NCBI GenBank assembly: GCA_902827015.1
Contig: CADEGZ010000001.1
Span: 1-54,276 of the forward strand
Length of the DNA stretch: 54,276 nt
DNA from: an uncultured Pseudomonadota bacterium
Lineage (GTDB): Bacteria; Pseudomonadota; Gammaproteobacteria; UBA6186; Azoamicaceae
Reading direction: 5' to 3'
In this document: in pieces, positions 12,601-17,336 of the stretch
Numbering within the stretch: the first letter of the stretch is position 1
Layout of the letters: the number at the start of each line of letters is the position of its first letter
The notes under the pieces: generated by a model
Told to the model about the DNA's origin: nothing
Seen by the model: only the letters and a program-made list of their open reading frames with translations
Databases searched by the model: none
Program-made: the position numbers and the translations under genes

Positions 12601-14088
12601 ATTACACTACCCAAAGATTTTAAAGAACAAAAAATGAAGAGTATAAGCAGTAATAATCCATTGGGTTCAGTGATCTTGTCTTTAAATGAGGAAGAAACTA
12701 AATCACTTCTTCAAAGTGTACCCAAAGCTTATAGAACAGAAATTAATGATATTCTTTTAACAGCGTTGACGCTTGCGATAGGAGATTGGACTGGAAAGTA
12801 TGAAATAAGTCTCTCATTAGAAGGGCATGGTAGAGAAGATATAGGCTTTGATATAGACATATCAAGGACAATTGGTTGGTTTACTACAGTATTTCCTGTT
12901 TATCTTGATTTAAAGAGCAGTGTAAGAATTCAAGAGACTAAAAACATTACTGATATTAACTTAGAAAAAGCTATTAAAACAGTCAAAGAAGAGATTAGAA
13001 AGATCCCAAATAAAGGTATTGGATATGGTGTTTTAGCCTATTTAAACAAAAACAAGAATAATGTCAGTGCTGATTTTCAACTGCCTATAAGCTTTAATTA
13101 TTTAGGTCAATGGGACAATATTTTGCAGAAAGAAGGGCTATTTACTTTTGCCATTGAACCGAGTGGGGAGAATATATCAAAAGAGAATAAAAATCCATAT
13201 TTTTTAAACATTAATAGTGAAGTAAAGCAAGGTATTTTTAGTATTTTATTTGATTATAATAGTCTTGACTACAAAAAAGAAACTATAGAAAAGGTTGGTA
13301 ATTACTTTATTTCAAGACTTAAGCAAATCATTAAGCATTGCACAATTGAAGGTGCTAATGAATATACATCTCTAGAATTTGATTTGATAGTACCTTTTAA
13401 TTATACTACCAATAGTAAAAAAAATCAATTTATATTTTTTATTCATCCAATAGGAGGTGAACTACACTGGTATAACACATTAGCAAAAAAATTATCTAGC
13501 ACTTATGCTTCATACGGAATTAAAAGTCCTTTTTTAGAATCTGATTTGGTTGCCATATCAAACATGGAAGAGTTGGCGGATAATTATACAAAACAAATAT
13601 ATAAAGTACAAAATTCTGGGCATTATACAATTGTTGGATGGTCATTTGGTGCAATTATTGCTTTTGAAGTAGCTAAAAACTTGATCCTTAAAGGGCATAT
13701 TGTAAGTTTAATAATAATTGATCAATCTTCTTATTTACCTAAACAAAATAGCAATACAATATCTATGAAAAATAAAGAAATTATAAATATTAAATCTGAA
13801 GAAAACACTACTTTGGTAGATTACCGTAAAATAAAAGCTAATCTCCTTAATAAGGATCTTTTACTAAGGTATATCTTAAAAGGTAAAGTAAATAATATCT
13901 ATTTATTTAAATCAACAGAATTGCAAGAATATTGTAATATTAATAAATTAGATCCAAAATATTTAGGATGGAATTTTTATTGTGATAGCATTGAAACTTT
14001 TACTATACATGGAAATCATTATTCTATTTTACTTGAATCTAGCGTTAACTTTATAGCATCTACAATCTTGAACGGCTTTATTGAATAA
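1..14088 (+). CDS. Non-ribosomal peptide synthetase, 5'-partial (continues upstream of window). Domain order: F(formyltransferase) - C-remnant - A-T-E - C-A-T - C-A-T-E - TE
   Basis: Frame 1 is open from nt 1, with no stop before the tool's ATG at 166. Nt 1-190 already encode ..[23 protein letters not shown]..IDTG (formyltransferase), so the true start lies upstream. Core motifs read in the translation: A3 [16 protein letters not shown] (~2056), [16 protein letters not shown] (~6951), [16 protein letters not shown] (~10405); A7/A8 [19 protein letters not shown][IV]ELGEIE three times; T GGDSI (~3373), GGQSL (~8288), GGDSI (~11727); E [10 protein letters not shown] (~3982) and [10 protein letters not shown] (~12376), both with EGHGRE, RTIGWFT and [17 protein letters not shown] (~5467) and HHIITDGWS (~8909); TE GWSFG (~13636) plus HGNHYS. 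Confidence 0.93.
   Translation, partial: [4695 protein letters not shown]
781..1500 (+). other. Degenerate C-terminal half of a condensation domain, with no HHxxxDG, lying between the F and first A domain
   Basis: EDYWVNSLL.. then ..[29 protein letters not shown].. resembles C-domain motifs C4/C5 (compare AAFxxLLxRYxGxxDIxFGxPxxxR in intact C domains of this cluster). No HHxxxDG-like string occurs between the Fmt region and the A domain. Confidence 0.5.
1501..2115 (+). repeat. Intragenic direct repeat family R1 (C-A linker to A3), copy 1
   Basis: Encodes ..[105 protein letters not shown]. It aligns by eye with copies at 6394-7005 and 9859-10460. Confidence 0.7.
2578..4985 (+). repeat. Intragenic direct repeat family R2 (A6-A10 + T + E), copy 1, about 2.4 kb
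   Basis: Long runs are identical at nucleotide level to 10930 onward, for example ccgatttcaaatac.cagatttatattttagattca.atcttaatccagttcctatacttgttcctggagaaatctatataggaggagtaggacttgctcgaggatattta. The similarity continues through [10 protein letters not shown] and the whole E domain. Confidence 0.8.
6394..7005 (+). repeat. Intragenic direct repeat family R1, copy 2
   Basis: Same protein string as copy 1 with scattered substitutions (..[64 protein letters not shown]..). Confidence 0.7.
7489..8290 (+). repeat. Intragenic direct repeat family R2, short copy (A6-A10 only), about 0.8 kb
   Basis: ..aatcttaatccagttcctatacttgttcctggagaaatctatatagg.. and the following A7-A10 coding sequence match copies 1 and 3. 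Similarity ends at the T domain (GGQSL here versus GGDSI). Confidence 0.75.
9859..10460 (+). repeat. Intragenic direct repeat family R1, copy 3
   Basis: ..[77 protein letters not shown]. Confidence 0.7.
10930..13375 (+). repeat. Intragenic direct repeat family R2, copy 3, about 2.4 kb, with a small insertion
   Basis: Matches 2578-4985 through A6-A10, T and E. It carries an extra ..[18 protein letters not shown].. segment (~12105-12160) in the E domain. Confidence 0.8.
13420..14085 (+). other. Type I thioesterase (TE) release domain at the C-terminus of the plus-strand NRPS
   Basis: [15 protein letters not shown].., nucleophile elbow [15 protein letters not shown] (GxSxG), and C-terminal ..HGNHYSIL (catalytic His context). 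Confidence 0.8.
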
Positions 14089-15346
14089 ATCGCTTTTTCC
14101 TCCACATTTTTTTAAACCACAGTAACTGGGTAACGTCAATAATTTTGCTATTGGCTACGTTTTTAACAACTAAAAATTTTATCTTCATAAATATCTTACA
14201 GAGTATGATTACAAACACATTGTTTCCTAATACATTCATCATTGTTACAACTGGATCAAATAAAATACATAATGTAGTAATTAAAGCAGACATTTCTCCT
14301 GAAAAATTTAGATGTGCTTCTATAACTGGCAACATTACCAAAATAGTTCCGCCAGGGATCCCTGCTGCAGAAAATTTTGTTAATAGGAAAGATACTGCAA
14401 AGTAATTATAAGTTTCAAACCATGGGAACTTATATCCAAAAGTTACTAAAATTGATAATGTTAAAAAAGGAATAATGATACTATCACCAATCATATGAAT
14501 ATTAACAGTAGTTGGTATAATTACTCTAACAAAATTAGAGCCTTGAGTGTTTTTTTCAGCTGCTTTTAAAGTAATTGGCATAGCCGCTAAACTAGACATA
14601 GTTGAAAAACCAGTTAAAGCTGCAGGTAAGGCATTTTTAATATATTTTAACCATTGTTTAAAATCAAATTTAGCTGCGAGAGCGTATAAAATTGCTAAGT
14701 ATAAAAGACAAGTTAACATGACAATTACCATTATTGGAAGAAAGGATTGAATAATTTTATTTAAAATTCCCTCATGTTGCATTTTTACAAAGAATCCTAA
14801 AGAAAATAGAGGTAATACCGGAATAAAGTACTTTTCAATAAATAAACTAGATATTATTTTTGCGTAATCACTAAATTTATGAATCCAAGAAATTTGAAAA
14901 AATGAAAGTAAAAGTCCCAATGAAAAACCAAAACACAATGCTTGATTGTTTGAAATCCATTTTGGCAATTCGAAATTCCATAATGGAACTAATTGATCTG
15001 TGTACTCAGTATTATTTATAATAATTGAACTTAGCTGAATCAATTCAATTGATCCAACTCCATAAGCAATCAATGTAGAAATGTAGTTAGAAATGCAGAC
15101 AGCTCCAAACAAAAACAACATAAATACAATGGCCTTTTTACTTTGTAATGTAAGTAGAGAAGAAAATAAATAGCTAAAAATAATGACAGGCAATACGAAC
15201 AATAAAATTTCTTTCAAAGTAAGGCTTATTGCGTACAATATGGATTGTAAATTTTGAGGAAGCCAATGGCCAAACAACAACGTACTAATTAAAATTACGA
15301 GTAGTTTAACTGATAAATTCCATTTTAAAAACTTATTAATAGTCAA
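14078..15346 (-). CDS. Cation:dicarboxylate/amino-acid symporter family (SDF/DAACS) membrane transporter
   Basis: 422-aa polytopic protein with family-like strings TMSSLAAMPITL, NIHMIGDS and AAGIPGGTILVM. It is a paralogue of the next gene. Its stop overlaps the plus-strand NRPS stop by 11 nt (convergent). Confidence 0.6.
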   Translation of the reverse strand: MTINKFLKWNLSVKLLVILISTLLFGHWLPQNLQSILYAISLTLKEILLFVLPVIIFSYLFSSLLTLQSKKAIVFMLFLFGAVCISNYISTLIAYGVGSIELIQLSSIIINNTEYTDQLVPLWNFELPKWISNNQALCFGFSLGLLLSFFQISWIHKFSDYAKIISSLFIEKYFIPVLPLFSLGFFVKMQHEGILNKIIQSFLPIMVIVMLTCLLYLAILYALAAKFDFKQWLKYIKNALPAALTGFSTMSSLAAMPITLKAAEKNTQGSNFVRVIIPTTVNIHMIGDSIIIPFLTLSILVTFGYKFPWFETYNYFAVSFLLTKFSAAGIPGGTILVMLPVIEAHLNFSGEMSALITTLCILFDPVVTMMNVLGNNVFVIILCKIFMKIKFLVVKNVANSKIIDVTQLLWFKKMWRKKRFIQ

Positions 15347-15422
15347 AATATTGTGTCCTTTATAGATAAGTCCATTTTTGGCAAGACTATTTCTCGTAAT
15401 ACCTACTCTTTAACAATTACAA

Positions 15423-16682
15423 TTATGAAATAAGAGGATTAATTGCGTTTGATGTTTGTATAGTATGTTTATAACTATCAAACTCCTTTTTTGCTTCACA
15501 ATCAACCACTGCTACCACACATGAATCTGACCATACATTAACTGTTGTTTCTAGCATATCAATTATTGAATAAAACGGCAGAATAATGGCAAGAACATTT
15601 AAAGGAATGTTCATAGCTACTAAAAAAGCACTTGAAAGAAAGTAACAACCCATGGGAACTCCAGCATTTCCGACCGCAGCTATTGTAGCAATAAAAGTCC
15701 ATAATATCATTTCAAAAATAGAAAAATGTATTCCATGATTCATAGACACAAAGAGGACAGTAGTAAGAATAAAAGCAGCACAACCATTCATATTAATAGC
15801 TGTGCAAAGTGGAAATGCTAAATTTGTCAACTTTTTTGGCATTTTTGCTTTTTCTTCAGCGCAACGCATGGTCATGGGTAAAGCTACGCTTGATGACTTC
15901 GAAAAAAAAGCTAACAATAATGCAGGCAACATATCATGAGCCAGCTTTATTGGCGAAATTCCCTTACTTTTTACAAAAAGTGGCAGTACAATCATTCCTT
16001 GAACTAAATTAGCAGCTATTATTGTCAATAAATATAAGGTAATTTGTTTTATATTTAGGTTTCCTTGCACATCTTTAATTAAAATTACCATGAAACTCCA
16101 AACTGCAATGGGGATCAAATATATTATCCAAGATGCTATTTTTATAATAAGACCATGAAGACTTGAAAATAGACTATGCAATGTCAAGCGTTGTTGGCTA
16201 GGTAGCCCCAAACTAGCAAAACTGAATAATATAGCTAAAAACAGTACACTGATTACATGGTTCTCATAGAATGGAGAAATTATATTGGATGGTATAGTTT
16301 GCATAAAGTAAGTTAGGTACTCTTTTTTCTCTGGAGTTTCCATAATTAACGGCTTTACTGTAGAAATTGCACGTGCTGGATCAAATAATAAATAAAGAAT
16401 TAAGGCAATAACTGACGCAATATAAGTAGTAATCAGTGTATATTTTACTAGTTTTTTTCCAATATTTTTAAATTCCTCAATGTTATTCATCCCTAAGGTA
16501 GTAGAAAAAATGGAGAGAAAGATAATAGGAGCACTAATCAGTTTAAATAAATTCATGAATATTTGTGAAATTAAAGAAGCAATTTGATTAAAAACGTTAT
16601 TATCCCAATAGCCTACTAAAATACCTAGGACTAGACCAATGATAATCTTTAAATTTTGATTTAAAGCTAGCTTAAGCCTCAT
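15423..16682 (-). CDS. Cation:dicarboxylate/amino-acid symporter family (SDF/DAACS) membrane transporter
   Basis: 419 aa, polytopic. Contains SSSVALPMTMRC, AINMNGCAAF and AAVGNAGVPMG, which match the conserved re-entrant-loop motifs of GltP/SstT/TcyP-type carriers. Confidence 0.7.
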   Translation of the reverse strand: MRLKLALNQNLKIIIGLVLGILVGYWDNNVFNQIASLISQIFMNLFKLISAPIIFLSIFSTTLGMNNIEEFKNIGKKLVKYTLITTYIASVIALILYLLFDPARAISTVKPLIMETPEKKEYLTYFMQTIPSNIISPFYENHVISVLFLAILFSFASLGLPSQQRLTLHSLFSSLHGLIIKIASWIIYLIPIAVWSFMVILIKDVQGNLNIKQITLYLLTIIAANLVQGMIVLPLFVKSKGISPIKLAHDMLPALLLAFFSKSSSVALPMTMRCAEEKAKMPKKLTNLAFPLCTAINMNGCAAFILTTVLFVSMNHGIHFSIFEMILWTFIATIAAVGNAGVPMGCYFLSSAFLVAMNIPLNVLAIILPFYSIIDMLETTVNVWSDSCVVAVVDCEAKKEFDSYKHTIQTSNAINPLIS

Positions 16683-16924
16683 AATTTATTAAACGACCTC
16701 TTTCTATTTTACAACTCAGATAATTAACCTAAAATTCACATGCCATAATAAATAAATCTACCTGTAAATAACTTATAATTTATCAACTTTCATGTGAGGT
16801 GTTGTATCTATTAATAAGTATAAAGACACGCCATAGGTATCAAAAAACCCCCTCAAATTTTAATTGCCTTTTATTGTAAGCAATTTCAAAACCTTATAAT
16901 CATCTTCCTCTATCATAGAATAAA

Positions 16925-17299
16925 TTAAAACTTGCAAAAGTCCTCTTTCATATCAGTATAATGTATTGCATTTATTTTACTTGCACAGATGAAATCATTT
17001 TCAGACAATCCTGCAATGGCATGTGTCCAATACTTGACTGTACATTGACCATACTCAATTTCCAAATAGGGATGATGATCTTCTTGGTGAGCTATCCAAA
17101 CAACTGCATTAATAAATGCAATATTTTGATAGTAATTTTCAAATTGGAAAGTTCGACAGAGTTTCTTTACCTCACCATTTTCTATTACCCACTCCGAAAT
17201 GCCTTTTAGCATAGAATTTATTTCTTCGTCATTTAAAGGAGGTATTCCCCCTTCACATGGCATACATTGTTTTTTAATTAATTTTTTCACTTTTTTCAT
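16925..17299 (-). CDS. Pterin-4-alpha-carbinolamine dehydratase (PCD/DCoH family)
   Basis: QEDHHPYLEIEYGQCTVKYWTHAIAGLSENDFICASKI matches the PCD core (HHP..Y..V...TH...GL...D). A CxPC string lies near the N-terminus. I chose the ATG at 17299 (AGGGA about 9 nt upstream). The tool's longer start at 17407 would overlap the upstream gene by 71 nt. Confidence 0.75.
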   Translation of the reverse strand: MKKVKKLIKKQCMPCEGGIPPLNDEEINSMLKGISEWVIENGEVKKLCRTFQFENYYQNIAFINAVVWIAHQEDHHPYLEIEYGQCTVKYWTHAIAGLSENDFICASKINAIHYTDMKEDFCKF

Positions 17300-17336
17300 T
17301 ATTTTTTCCCTGAAAAATAATTGATCTAAAGGATTT

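Noticed and set aside
1501-13375. Long direct repeats that could have been mistaken for mobile-element or prophage repeats
   Set aside because: They are in-frame duplicated NRPS module segments inside one ORF. No transposase, integrase, inverted terminal repeats or target-site duplications were seen anywhere in the window.
16860-16924. Possible terminator after the pterin dehydratase gene (aattgc-12 nt-gcaatt, then gagggggtttttt on the minus strand)
   Set aside because: The stem is only 6 bp, it is AT-rich, and it has a large loop. The G-run/T-run is not preceded by a complementary C-run. It does not meet the usual intrinsic-terminator criteria.
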